DNA from: an uncultured Acidimicrobiia bacterium
GTDB taxonomy: Bacteria > Actinomycetota > Acidimicrobiia > Spongiisociales > JAENVV01
Assembly: GCA_965363765.1 (NCBI GenBank)
Contig: CBDTUI010000004.1
Span: 922-64,921 of the forward strand
Length of the DNA stretch: 64,000 bases
Reading direction: 5' to 3'
Notes under the pieces: model-generated
What the model was told of the DNA's origin: nothing
Database searches by the model: none
Seen by the model: only the letters and a program-made list of their open reading frames with translations
Position numbers and translations under genes: made by a program
Shown here: in pieces, positions 9,503 through 18,840 of the stretch
Layout: every line of letters starts with the position of its first letter
How positions within the stretch are numbered: the first letter of the stretch is position 1

Positions 9503-9556
9503 GATGCACTATCGGCATCTCCGTCGCTCGGCTGAACCCCCTACTATTGGTGACCT

Positions 9557-10120
9557 ATGGCGCGCTACAAGGTTGGACTCGAAACCCAGGGCAAAATCCT
9601 CGAGGCAACCCGCCGTTTGCTGAGCGAGTTCGGTTTCGAAGCCATCACGGTCAAGGCCATTTGTGCCCTGGCCGGAATTCAGGCCGGCTCGTTTTACAAC
9701 CTGTTCGCCACCAAAGACGAAGCCGTTTTGACGGTGGTTCGCGATGCGATCAGCGCCTTTGACCCGGACCCCGAAGGAACGGGAAACGACACCGTCGAGA
9801 AACTGGTGAACGCTTACACGGGGTTTGTCATGAAAGACCCCGAGCTCGGCCGGGTGTACGCCCAGATGGCGGTGACAGCCGCACTCACCCAGGACCACCT
9901 GGCCGGACGAATTCAGCGCCATCACGAACAACGAGTCGAACGCTTCACGGCCGCCTACGTCCGTGAGCATCCGGTGGTTTCATCGAGCCTGGCCGAGCAT
10001 CGGATGGAGATTCTGTTGGGGGCTCTCAACGGGTTGAGCATTCGTTGGTCGATCGACCCTACATTCGACATTTGTGCCTACGCGAGCCTGATGGTCGACG
10101 AGTTGTCCACCACCCCGTAA
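9557..10120 (+). CDS. TetR/AcrR family transcriptional regulator.
   Basis: N-terminal HTH ILEATRRLLSEFGFEAITVKAICALAGIQAGSFYNLF. Confidence 0.85.
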   Translation: MARYKVGLETQGKILEATRRLLSEFGFEAITVKAICALAGIQAGSFYNLFATKDEAVLTVVRDAISAFDPDPEGTGNDTVEKLVNAYTGFVMKDPELGRVYAQMAVTAALTQDHLAGRIQRHHEQRVERFTAAYVREHPVVSSSLAEHRMEILLGALNGLSIRWSIDPTFDICAYASLMVDELSTTP

Positions 10121-10143
10121 CTCGCCCCGCTAAGTTCGGACGG

Positions 10144-10929
10144 ATGAACTACTCGAACCTCTTGTTTGACGCTTCAGACGGTCTGGCAACCATCACATTG
10201 AACCGGCCTGATGCAGCCAACGCCCTCGACCTGGCGACAAGCAGGGAACTGATGCAGGCCGCCATCGAATGTGACGAGAACCCCGACATCCGGGCAGTCC
10301 TCATAACCGGAAGCGGCAAGATGTTTTCGGCAGGCGGGGACATCAAGGCATTTATGGCTGCCGAGAGCATGGCGCACCTTTTGAAGGAGATGACCGTATA
10401 CCTTCACGCCGCTATCTCCCGTTTCGCTCGCATGGACGCCCCTTTGATCGTCGCAGTGAATGGAACGGCAGCAGGCGCCGGATTCAGCCTTGCGATGGCC
10501 GGCGACATCGTGATCAGTGCCGAATCAGCCAAGTTCGTATCTGCCTACACCCGGTCAGCTCTGTCCCCGGACGGGAGTTCCACCTACTTTCTCCCCCGTG
10601 CCATCGGACTGCGCCGGGCGGCAGAGTTGCTGCTTACCAATCGCACGCTTAGCGCAGCCGAGGCCTTGGACTGGCAGCTCATCACCCGGGTAGTCCCCGA
10701 CAAGGACCTTCTGACCGAAGCGACCCAGCTAGGGCGCGACCTGGCTGCCGGCCCGACGCTTGCATATGGGCGGGTGAAACAGATGCTGCTCGCCACCTTC
10801 GGGGAGTCCCTTGAGTCGCAGATGGAGACCGAGGCCCGCAACATCACTGATATGTCGAGGAGCAAGGACACCACCGAAGGCATTGCCGCCTTCGTCGAGA
10901 AACGGCCACCGAACTACTCGGGGACGTAG
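10144..10929 (+). CDS. Enoyl-CoA hydratase/isomerase (crotonase fold). The start is chosen at MNYSN; the longer ORF from 10045 overlaps the TetR gene.
   Basis: ITLNRPDAANAL, GSGKMFSAGGDIK, AVNGTAAGAGFSLAMAGD. Confidence 0.8.
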   Translation: MNYSNLLFDASDGLATITLNRPDAANALDLATSRELMQAAIECDENPDIRAVLITGSGKMFSAGGDIKAFMAAESMAHLLKEMTVYLHAAISRFARMDAPLIVAVNGTAAGAGFSLAMAGDIVISAESAKFVSAYTRSALSPDGSSTYFLPRAIGLRRAAELLLTNRTLSAAEALDWQLITRVVPDKDLLTEATQLGRDLAAGPTLAYGRVKQMLLATFGESLESQMETEARNITDMSRSKDTTEGIAAFVEKRPPNYSGT

Positions 10930-10946
10930 TGGTGTGTCACCAGGCG

Positions 10947-11738
10947 CTAGGCAGGCGGGTTGACTTCGAAGTCGGCATCGAAGTCGAACAGTTCGAACGT
11001 CGCCCGATAGAACTCGGTCGCCGACGAGTTGACCCTGGTGCCTCCGAACACGTAGGCGGCCTTGCTTACGAATCCGGCTTCGTCGACCCAGACGTCAATC
11101 GACCCCAAGTCGAGTACGGCAAACTGATCGAGTTCTGGCGAGCCGCCCAGCCACGCTCGAACGTCGGCAATCCCTCCTTGATAGTGCGTTGCCTGTCGAC
11201 CGTTTAGTTCCTCGACCCCTACGTTTGTCAGCCTGAGCAGGATCGGGCCCAACGTGTCAGGTGTAAGCGCAGTGACACTGGTGAGCGATAGCAACTGCTC
11301 GGCGGCGGCGTTCTCTTGCCAGCCCGCCCCGTCGTCGATCCAGAACGTTTCGCCGATCCCAATCACGTGAGCGACCTGATCTCCGGAGGTGACGGTGGCT
11401 TCGATACTCTCGGGTTCGCGTACATAGGCAGCCGCGATACTCGACGAAATGATTACGTCGCTCCCCGCTTCGTCGCGGCTGAGCAGGATCTCCGTGGCCG
11501 ATCGGAATCGCTCCAGTTCGGTATTGAGGAATATGTCGCCGGTGGGCTTCGCTTCGGTTGGCGGGACAGTCGAATCCACGGGCGACGCGGTCGTCGTCGG
11601 TGCTGCGGTGAGAACCGAGGTCGTTGTCGCAATCGTGCTCGCGGTCGCAACAGCGGTCGTGGTGGTAGTCGCCGTCTGGGTGCTGCACGCACTAGCCAGC
11701 AACAAGAGGGCAATGAGGTGGCGGTGCATGGTTGCCAA
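10947..11738 (-). CDS. Lipoprotein of unknown function with a Thr/Ala-rich linker.
   Basis: Signal peptide plus lipobox LLASAC; low-complexity TATTTTTAVATASTIATTT linker; globular C-terminal domain. Confidence 0.55.
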   Translation of the reverse strand: MATMHRHLIALLLLASACSTQTATTTTTAVATASTIATTTSVLTAAPTTTASPVDSTVPPTEAKPTGDIFLNTELERFRSATEILLSRDEAGSDVIISSSIAAAYVREPESIEATVTSGDQVAHVIGIGETFWIDDGAGWQENAAAEQLLSLTSVTALTPDTLGPILLRLTNVGVEELNGRQATHYQGGIADVRAWLGGSPELDQFAVLDLGSIDVWVDEAGFVSKAAYVFGGTRVNSSATEFYRATFELFDFDADFEVNPPA

Positions 11739-11743
11739 GATAC

Positions 11744-12829
11744 TCAGACGTTGAAGCGGAAGTGCATCACGTCGCCGTCGACGACCGTGTATTCCTTGCC
11801 CTCAACGCGCATCTTTCCTGCCGCTTTGAGGGCAACTTCCGAGCCGAGCTCCAACATGTCATCGATGCGGTAGACCTCGACTCGGATGAAGCCGCGTTCA
11901 AAATCAGTGTGGATGACTCCGGCCGCTTGCGGCGCTTTGGTACCCGCCTTGACTGTCCACGCCCGAATCTCTTTCTCGCCAGCCGTAAAATAGGTTTCGA
12001 GCCCTAAGAGCGCATATGCGGCTCTCCCCAACACCGCAAGACCCGGCTCCTCGAGGCCTAACTCCGCCAGGAACTCGGGTCGTTCCTCTTCGGGAAGTTC
12101 GGCAATATCTGCCTCCGCCTGAGCACACAATGTGATGCAGCCAGCTCCCTGCTCGGCCGCCATCTCCTCAACAACCGCAGTGTGAGCATTCCCCGCCAGG
12201 CCAGCCTCATCGACGTTGCACACATACAGGACTGGTTTCATGGTGATGAGCTGAGAATCCCAGAGCGTGGCGCGTTCCTCGACGTTGAAACTCACCGCTC
12301 TGGCCGGTACACCCTCGTTGAGGGCTCTGATGAGCCGATCTGTCACGTCGTGAGCGAATCCGGCTCCTTTGTCACCTACCCGGACCGACTTTGAGAGTCG
12401 CTCCAACCGGCGGTCGGCGACGGCGAGGTCGGCGAGGATCAGTTCGGTTTCGATCGTCTCGATGTCACGGCGCGGGTCAACAGTTCCCTCGACGTGGGTG
12501 ATGTCATCGGAGTCAAAGCACCGAACAACATGCAGGACTGCGTCAACCGACCGAATATGCCCGAGGAACTGATTTCCAAGTCCCTCCCCTTCTGATGCAC
12601 CTCGAACCAGTCCGGCAATGTCGACGATCTCGACCGCCGCCGGGATGACTTTCTTGGTAGCAATCACTGACTGAAGCTGGCCCAACCGATCATCGGGAAC
12701 GGAAACGATTCCGACATTCGGCTCGATCGTGGCAAACGGATAGTTGGCCGCCTCAGCTCCTGCTGCGGTGAGAGCGTTGAAGAGCGTTGACTTACCAACG
12801 TTGGGGAGACCAACTATTCCGGCCTGCAT
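11744..12829 (-). CDS. ychF: Ribosome-binding ATPase YchF (Obg-family GTPase).
   Basis: GIVGLPNVGKSTLFNALT P-loop; 361 aa; C-terminal TGS-like region. Confidence 0.9.
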   Translation of the reverse strand: MQAGIVGLPNVGKSTLFNALTAAGAEAANYPFATIEPNVGIVSVPDDRLGQLQSVIATKKVIPAAVEIVDIAGLVRGASEGEGLGNQFLGHIRSVDAVLHVVRCFDSDDITHVEGTVDPRRDIETIETELILADLAVADRRLERLSKSVRVGDKGAGFAHDVTDRLIRALNEGVPARAVSFNVEERATLWDSQLITMKPVLYVCNVDEAGLAGNAHTAVVEEMAAEQGAGCITLCAQAEADIAELPEEERPEFLAELGLEEPGLAVLGRAAYALLGLETYFTAGEKEIRAWTVKAGTKAPQAAGVIHTDFERGFIRVEVYRIDDMLELGSEVALKAAGKMRVEGKEYTVVDGDVMHFRFNV

Positions 12830-12924
12830 CGTGAATCCTTGTGAATGAGATCGGAAACGTTAGCGGCCCTCCGCGTGTGTACCGCCGCCGGATGCGATAC
12901 GGTAAGAGCGACACGGAGGAAGCC

Positions 12925-14673
12925 ATGACCACACTGGCCGGCAGCATCATCAAGCCCGAAGGAAACTCACACATAGAACCGACGTCGATCGAGGAACTCG
13001 ACAGCCTCGTCAACGTACTCAGTGAATTTCGTCAGGCGTGGATCGACGTGAGCGTCGAGGAGCGAATTGCCCTGCTCTACTCGGTGATCGAAAATGCCAA
13101 GGCAGTCGGGCCGGCGTGGGTCCAGGCTGCCTGTGACGCCAAAGGGATTGCCATGACTGACCCGGTCGCCGGGGAAGAGTGGCATGCTGGACCGGTACTC
13201 ACCATCCGTAATGCCAGGCTGCTTATTCAGACCCTGGAGTCGATTCGCGATACGGGTCTTCCATCGATTCCGGGACCGGTGACAACCCGACCCAATGGCC
13301 AAACCGTCGCTGAGGTGTTCCCGGCCGACAATTGGGACAAGGTTCTGTGGCAGGGGTACTCCGGAGAAGTGTGGATGCAGCCGGGCGTTACCCCCGGCAA
13401 TCTAAACTCAACCATGGCTGTCGCGTATCAACCGCACGCCGCCAGGTCACCAGAGCTAGCCCTCGTCCTTGGGGCTGGCAATATCGCCTCGATCGCCCCG
13501 ACCGACACTCTTTACAAGATGTTCGTCGAAGACGCCGTTGTGATCCTCAAAATGAACCCGGTCAACGAATACATGGGTCCCTTCCTGGCTGAGGTCTTCG
13601 CCGGTTTGATCGGGAGAGATTTCATGGCGATTGTCTATGGGGGGGCAGACGTCGGCTCCCACCTCGCCCGGCATGCGAAGGTCGACTCGATTCATATCAC
13701 CGGCTCGGATAAGACTCATGATGCGATTGTGTACGGGTCCGGGACCGAAGGCGCCGCCCGCAAGGCTGCCAACGAACCGCTGCTTACCAAGCCGATCTCG
13801 TCAGAATTGGGCAATGTCAGCCCGGTCATCGTTGTCCCCGGTCCCTGGTCGGAGAAAGATCTCGCCTACCAAGGTGAGAACATCGCCGGGATGCTCACAC
13901 ACAACGCCGGCTTCAACTGTATCGCCACCCGCATCGTCATCACTCACGAGCAATGGAACCAACGCGAAGCGCTACTCGACACGATCTCCGATGCGCTTCA
14001 CGCCACTCCAGATCGTGACCCCTACTACCCCGGCGCACGAGACCGATGGGAGCATTTCTCAGCTTCTCACCCGAGCGTTCGGACCCACGGTGACGACGCC
14101 GGAGGCGCAGTCCCCTGGACCCTCATTCATGATCTCGATGCCGACGATCCGGACCACACCTGTTTTGCTGTCGAGGCGTTTGCCGGCGTGTTCGGCGAAG
14201 CGCCCCTCAGAAGCGAACGGTCGGTTGTCAGCTACATCGAGGATGCAGTTCGTTTCGCCAACGAAAACGCCTGGGGAACCCTGGGGGCATCGTTGATTGT
14301 GCATCCGGCTTCGCTGAAGGATCCGGAGATTGCCGCAGCTGTCGAGCAGGCGGTCGCCGATCTACGGTATGGCACCGTCGGGGTCAATGTCTGGACCGGT
14401 CTGGGCTTCGCATTCATGACCACCACCTGGGGCGCCTTCCCTGGGCACCCGTTGAATGATGTTCGCTCAGGGCGCGGTGTCGTGCACAACACCCTCATGT
14501 TCGATCAAGCTCAAAAGTCGGTGATTCGCGGTCCCTTTCGGCAGCCACTCAAACCGCTCTGGTTCGCGTCCAACAAGCAGGCGCACAATATCGCCAAGGG
14601 GCTCGTGGCGATGGAAGCCGACCCAACCGCACTCACCCTCATGCCGATCCTGGCGGCGGCGGTTCGCGGCTGA
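12925..14673 (+). CDS. Aldehyde dehydrogenase family protein. The start is chosen at MTTLAGS, which follows a GGAGGA SD; the ORF extends to 12841.
   Basis: ITGSDKTHDAIVYG, ELGNVSPVIVVPG, catalytic-Cys region FNCIATRIVI. Confidence 0.7.
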   Translation: MTTLAGSIIKPEGNSHIEPTSIEELDSLVNVLSEFRQAWIDVSVEERIALLYSVIENAKAVGPAWVQAACDAKGIAMTDPVAGEEWHAGPVLTIRNARLLIQTLESIRDTGLPSIPGPVTTRPNGQTVAEVFPADNWDKVLWQGYSGEVWMQPGVTPGNLNSTMAVAYQPHAARSPELALVLGAGNIASIAPTDTLYKMFVEDAVVILKMNPVNEYMGPFLAEVFAGLIGRDFMAIVYGGADVGSHLARHAKVDSIHITGSDKTHDAIVYGSGTEGAARKAANEPLLTKPISSELGNVSPVIVVPGPWSEKDLAYQGENIAGMLTHNAGFNCIATRIVITHEQWNQREALLDTISDALHATPDRDPYYPGARDRWEHFSASHPSVRTHGDDAGGAVPWTLIHDLDADDPDHTCFAVEAFAGVFGEAPLRSERSVVSYIEDAVRFANENAWGTLGASLIVHPASLKDPEIAAAVEQAVADLRYGTVGVNVWTGLGFAFMTTTWGAFPGHPLNDVRSGRGVVHNTLMFDQAQKSVIRGPFRQPLKPLWFASNKQAHNIAKGLVAMEADPTALTLMPILAAAVRG

Positions 14674-14683
14674 TCTGCTGATC

Positions 14684-14722
14684 AAAAAAGGAGGGCCGCA
14701 GCGTTGCGGCCCTCCTTTTTGT
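14684..14722. terminator. Bidirectional intrinsic terminator between convergent genes.
   Basis: AAAAAA-GGAGGGCCGC-agcgtt-GCGGCCCTCC-TTTTT: a perfect 10-bp GC stem flanked by an A-tract and a T-tract. Confidence 0.8.
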
Positions 14723-14734
14723 TCACCAACTGAT

Positions 14735-15148
14735 CTATTTGGAGACCATTTCGCCTTCCATGCCACCGTTGAAGTGATCTTCGATTGCACAAACGATCTG
14801 GTACGTCCCCGCTTCTGGAGCAGTAAAGGTGAACGACTGCGAATCGCCTGACTCGACCTCTTCTTCCCAGTACACGAAGTCGGCTAGGAGCTCTTCTTCG
14901 GTTTCCGGAAGATCGGCCTCACTCGCAATCGTCACACCATTCTTCAGGATCACCCATTCATGATCGATGGTCCCGTCGTTTGTTATGTTGATCGTGATCT
15001 CTTCCCCGGCCGCGACCGTCCAGTCCGTGGGGGTCATACTGAATTCCTTGAGCGTCACGTCGATCTCGGTCGCCGGTGCGCTTGACCCACAAGCAGAGAT
15101 TATGATTCCAAAAACCACCAATACGACTGCCAAGCTTTTTCTCTGCAC
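14735..15148 (-). CDS. Type-1 (blue) copper cupredoxin lipoprotein. GTG start preceded by a GAGGAGG SD.
   Basis: Lipobox IISAC. T1 Cu ligand pattern H(DHEW)...C-x4-H-x4-M (CAIEDHFNGGM). Confidence 0.65.
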   Translation of the reverse strand: MQRKSLAVVLVVFGIIISACGSSAPATEIDVTLKEFSMTPTDWTVAAGEEITINITNDGTIDHEWVILKNGVTIASEADLPETEEELLADFVYWEEEVESGDSQSFTFTAPEAGTYQIVCAIEDHFNGGMEGEMVSK

Positions 15149-15206
15149 AATGCCTCCTCGGGTAGGTCCCAGTCGAAACGTAACAGGCGAACCAGATTCC
15201 TGCCCG

Positions 15207-15659
15207 TTAGGGAGCAAAAATAAGGTCGGCCCGCATTCCCGCCTCAAGGTGGCCTGGAATAACACACACGAGAACGTCATACGCGCCGTTGTCACCGAAG
15301 GTGACAATTGTCTCCTGCCGCTCGCCGGGACTCAGGCGAACCAGCATGCTTTGCTCGTCAAAGGGTTCATCGTCGTCGGTCTCTTCGCGTTCAGCCAGGA
15401 AATGTTCCAATTCCACGCTCGACGTAAGCCGGAATTCATGAGAGACCTTCCCATCATTGACAATTCGAAAACCGACCGTCTCGCCCTTCCTGAACTCGTT
15501 CGACGCCAAGTGAAACTCGAATTCCGTGATAGAAACATCGACGGTTCGATCAGTACCAGGAATAGGACCGACCGGAAGAGGCGCAGACGCCTCGGGGCCA
15601 CAAGCCACAAGGAGCATCAGCGCGCCCAATAACATCCAACGAGCCATGGAACCTCCCAT
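15207..15659 (-). CDS. Second cupredoxin lipoprotein, paralogous to the downstream one.
   Basis: Lipobox LLVAC. SHEF...CVIPGHLEAGM (C-x4-H-x4-M). Confidence 0.65.
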   Translation of the reverse strand: MGGSMARWMLLGALMLLVACGPEASAPLPVGPIPGTDRTVDVSITEFEFHLASNEFRKGETVGFRIVNDGKVSHEFRLTSSVELEHFLAEREETDDDEPFDEQSMLVRLSPGERQETIVTFGDNGAYDVLVCVIPGHLEAGMRADLIFAP

Positions 15660-15869
15660 TCGTCCGGCGCTCCGACGTTAGCAACGCCCGACACCCGGGC
15701 GCGGCGATACGGCTAACCAATCTGCCGGGAAGTTCGCACCCCACTCCCTGACGACATGGCTGCACCCGAAACCCCGATTCAATAAATGGATGATCTTGCG
15801 GGATTGGATCACCGTATTCGTGCGACCAAGCCGCCGCCCCGATCGTGGCGAGAAGTACAGGCCCGCTGA

Positions 15870-16613
15870 TCAAAGAACCTCGAGCACGCCCAAGTCTGTC
15901 AGCGCTAGCGATCGGACCCCTGGTTTTGCCCTGAGATCAGCCCAGGCCTTCCGCATTTGGGTGGAGTGGTTGATGTCGTCGAGGACCAAAACAGCGCCGG
16001 GAGAGGCGCTGGCGAGGAGTTTTTCGACCAACCACATGGTCGCGTCGTACGTGTGGTCTCCGTCTACGAAGGCGATATCGAACCCTGCGGCGGCCGCCCG
16101 GGCCAACGTTTCAACGAACGAACCGTTGATGATGTCAATTCGATCGGCCACCCCGGCCAGGGAAAACAACCCGGCCGCCAGCGCCTGCCGATCTGCCGAC
16201 TGGTCGATCGTTGCCAGGCGACCACCGGCGGGAAGGGCACTGGCAAGATAGGTGCCGCTGAGACCGATGTTCGTGCCGAGTTCGACTACCACCTGCGCTC
16301 CCCGGCTGCGGACAAGAGCCGCTAGAAGCCGGTCGGCGTACGCATCCTTGCTGGCCGTCTCAGCCAGAACTCGGAGGGAGTGTTTGCCAACCGAGGCGTC
16401 CGACTTCAGCCAGGCAGACCGTTGCGCTTCCGCCACGTGGTTGGGAGGTTCAGAAAGAGCAGCCCTCCCCCAGGCTCGAAAGTGTCGACTGCTGAGGAGT
16501 CGGACAATGCGGGTCGCCCGTCGAAGCTCCCTGCGCAGTCGGCGGCCCACCCGTTCAAGCTGGACGTATTTGGCTTTAGGCACTGAGAATGAGGTCGGCC
16601 GCTTTCTCGGCAA
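15870..16613 (-). CDS. Class I SAM-dependent methyltransferase (Methyltransf_24 / macrocin-O-methyltransferase-like). The true start is probably downstream of 16613, where the ORF overlaps the upstream GMC gene.
   Basis: VVELGTNIGLSGTYLA (motif I), IAFVDGDHTYD. Confidence 0.6.
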   Translation of the reverse strand: MPRKRPTSFSVPKAKYVQLERVGRRLRRELRRATRIVRLLSSRHFRAWGRAALSEPPNHVAEAQRSAWLKSDASVGKHSLRVLAETASKDAYADRLLAALVRSRGAQVVVELGTNIGLSGTYLASALPAGGRLATIDQSADRQALAAGLFSLAGVADRIDIINGSFVETLARAAAAGFDIAFVDGDHTYDATMWLVEKLLASASPGAVLVLDDINHSTQMRKAWADLRAKPGVRSLALTDLGVLEVL

Positions 16614-18150
16614 TCATGACGGTCGGCGCGTTCGTGTTTCCTCGAATAACAGTTGGCATCACCGACGCATCAACCACCCGCAATCCATCGACCCCGAATA
16701 CCCGCAGCTGAGGGTCAACAACCGCGCTCGACGCATCGGGCCCCATTCGAGCTGTTCCAGATGGGTGGTACAACAGTTCGGCTTTCGACCGGATGTAGGC
16801 AACCAGCTCATCATCAGTCTTGGCGTCGTCACCCGGGTGAAGCTCGCCCCCCTGGTACTGATCGAACACACTCGAATGAGCGATTTGGCGCGTGATCTTC
16901 ATGCCGTCGATCAGGGAGCGAAGGTCATCTGGATGGCTCAGTGCCTGCGAAAGGATGTCGGGATGGACCAGCGGGTTGGCGCTTCGTAGCCGCACGTGTC
17001 CCCGACTCTTCGGAGCGACCAACGTGGGCCCCATCGACATGGCATCGCCGTCGGTCACTTCGAAGCCGTGCCGATTGAAGTATCCCGGAGCAAAATGGAA
17101 TTGGATGTCGGGTCCCTCAAGACCGTCGCGGGTGTGCACGAACCCGCCCGCCTCACCCACGTTCGACGACAGCATGCCCTTCTTGAACAGGAGGTACTCA
17201 GCCAGGCGAGCCGGCTTTTCGGCATGAGCGAGACTGACCGGCTTGGATACCTTGAAGATATTCATGATGACCGGGTGGTCTTGCAGATGTGCACCGACAT
17301 TGGCGTTATCGACCGCGACGTCGATATTGAACTCCGAGAGATGCGAAGCCGGTCCTATTCCAGACAACATAAGGAGCTGCGGAGTGTTGTAGGCGCCGCC
17401 AGCAACGATGACCTCGCCATCGGCACGATCGACGATCGTCTCACCGTTTCGTCGGTATTCGACTCCCACCGCCCGGCCGCCCTCGATGACGATTCGACTG
17501 GCGTGGGCATCGGTACAAATCGTCAGATTACGGCGTTTCATGGCCGGGACGAGATAGGCGTCCGCCGTACTCCACCGAGCGCCTTTCTTTTGGGTCACCT
17601 GGTAGGCGCCGACACCTACTTGGTCCGCCCCGTTGAAGTCCTCGTTACGGGAGTAACCAATATCGACGGCGGCATCGACGAATGCCAGCGACAACTCGTT
17701 GACTGACCGTTGATCGGCCACGTTTAGCGGACCGTCGACACCGTGGAACGCGTCGGCGCCGCGTTCATTGTGTTCCGACTTCTTGAAGTACGGTAAGACT
17801 TCGTCGTAGGACCATCCGTCGCACCCGGCCGAGGCCCAACCGTCGTAGTCGATCCGATTGCCGCGAATGTAGATCATGGCGTTCATCGATGATGACCCGC
17901 CCAGCATCTTGCCGCGCGGTAAGTAGAGCTGACGGTCGTCGGCGTCGGGCTCGGGCTGAGTGAAATAGTTCCAATCTCGGTTCGTTTGGAACAGCTTGGA
18001 GAATGCCGCCGGAGTGGCGACGTTCATATGCTTATTCGAACCGCCAGCTTCCAGCACCAAAACCCGCGTACCGGAGTCGGCGCTCAGCCGGTTGGCAAGG
18101 ACCGATCCCGCTGATCCCGCACCGACAATGATGTAGTCATAGGTCGCCAT
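16576..18150 (-). CDS. GMC family oxidoreductase (choline dehydrogenase-like).
   Basis: YDYIIVGAGSAGSVLANRLS FAD-binding N-terminus; GMC signatures; about 520 aa. Confidence 0.85.
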   Translation of the reverse strand: MATYDYIIVGAGSAGSVLANRLSADSGTRVLVLEAGGSNKHMNVATPAAFSKLFQTNRDWNYFTQPEPDADDRQLYLPRGKMLGGSSSMNAMIYIRGNRIDYDGWASAGCDGWSYDEVLPYFKKSEHNERGADAFHGVDGPLNVADQRSVNELSLAFVDAAVDIGYSRNEDFNGADQVGVGAYQVTQKKGARWSTADAYLVPAMKRRNLTICTDAHASRIVIEGGRAVGVEYRRNGETIVDRADGEVIVAGGAYNTPQLLMLSGIGPASHLSEFNIDVAVDNANVGAHLQDHPVIMNIFKVSKPVSLAHAEKPARLAEYLLFKKGMLSSNVGEAGGFVHTRDGLEGPDIQFHFAPGYFNRHGFEVTDGDAMSMGPTLVAPKSRGHVRLRSANPLVHPDILSQALSHPDDLRSLIDGMKITRQIAHSSVFDQYQGGELHPGDDAKTDDELVAYIRSKAELLYHPSGTARMGPDASSAVVDPQLRVFGVDGLRVVDASVMPTVIRGNTNAPTVMIAEKAADLILSA

Positions 18151-18209
18151 CCTCCGATTCTACCCCGCACCAGCGGTTGCCTAGACCTCAGAAACTGGTC
18201 AACGATCCA

Positions 18210-18725
18210 TCACTTGCGCTCTCTGACCGCCTCGACGTTGGAAAGCGCTTCCCGCAGGTCGGCCACCCAGTCGGCCTCGTGCTCACCTACGAGCTGGACA
18301 CACCACGCCAACGCTTCGCTCCGGCTCCTGGCGACGCCGCCATCAATAAGTGTGTCAAGCAGCGCTCGCTCCTTGAGGCGAAGTCTGGTCATGGCCGGTA
18401 CGGCGAGGTGGGTGAACAACACTCGGGTCTCACCGCAATTCGCTCCCCAGGAGACCTTTCGTTCAAAGGTGCGCTGCGCTTGTTCGGCGATCTTCATCCG
18501 GTGCTGTCGGGAGTCTTCGCGAAACCCGTCGATTCGACTCCGCTCAGCGATACGAATCTGGTCGCCTTCGAGTCCTTCGGTCGACGGAGGCGCCAGTGCG
18601 CCCATCACGATGATTTCGTCGCGGTCCCCAGTGATGGCGACATCATCGAACCAATCGTCGGGAAGCCTCCCCACGAACCAGGCGTTTACGTCGTCCATAT
18701 CAGATCCTTCCGGTGGCGTAATTGT
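18210..18725 (-). CDS. Hypothetical protein. Only the C-terminal approximately 171 codons of the long ORF look genuine.
   Basis: The upstream 83 codons of the ORF are antisense to the Thr-rich linker of the + strand lipoprotein gene and read as low-complexity V/G text. The region from MTITPP onward has normal composition. Confidence 0.45.
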   Translation of the reverse strand, partial: TITPPEGSDMDDVNAWFVGRLPDDWFDDVAITGDRDEIIVMGALAPPSTEGLEGDQIRIAERSRIDGFREDSRQHRMKIAEQAQRTFERKVSWGANCGETRVLFTHLAVPAMTRLRLKERALLDTLIDGGVARSRSEALAWCVQLVGEHEADWVADLREALSNVEAVRERK

Positions 18726-18840
18726 CATTACATCATTACACACCTCAGAGAGAATCGCTATCGAAACGATCCAATCGCCGACGGTTGCAGCGTACGATCC
18801 GGGTTGACAACAAGATATTCGTCCATGAGGGGGACGATCA

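Noticed and set aside
11257-11873. Overlapping ORFs (143 aa minus, 185 aa plus) inside the 10947-11738 lipoprotein gene
   Set aside because: Arg/His-rich or Arg/Gly-rich frames produced by GC-rich, Thr-codon repeats. No start context, and they overlap a well-supported gene.
15550-15873. 107-aa ORF in the gap between the methyltransferase and the second cupredoxin gene
   Set aside because: Cys/Arg/Gly-rich, overlaps the cupredoxin N-terminus, and has no SD. More likely a promoter or UTR region.
16252-16989. 245-aa plus-strand ORF spanning the methyltransferase/GMC junction
   Set aside because: Antisense to two well-supported minus-strand genes. Arg/Ser-rich.
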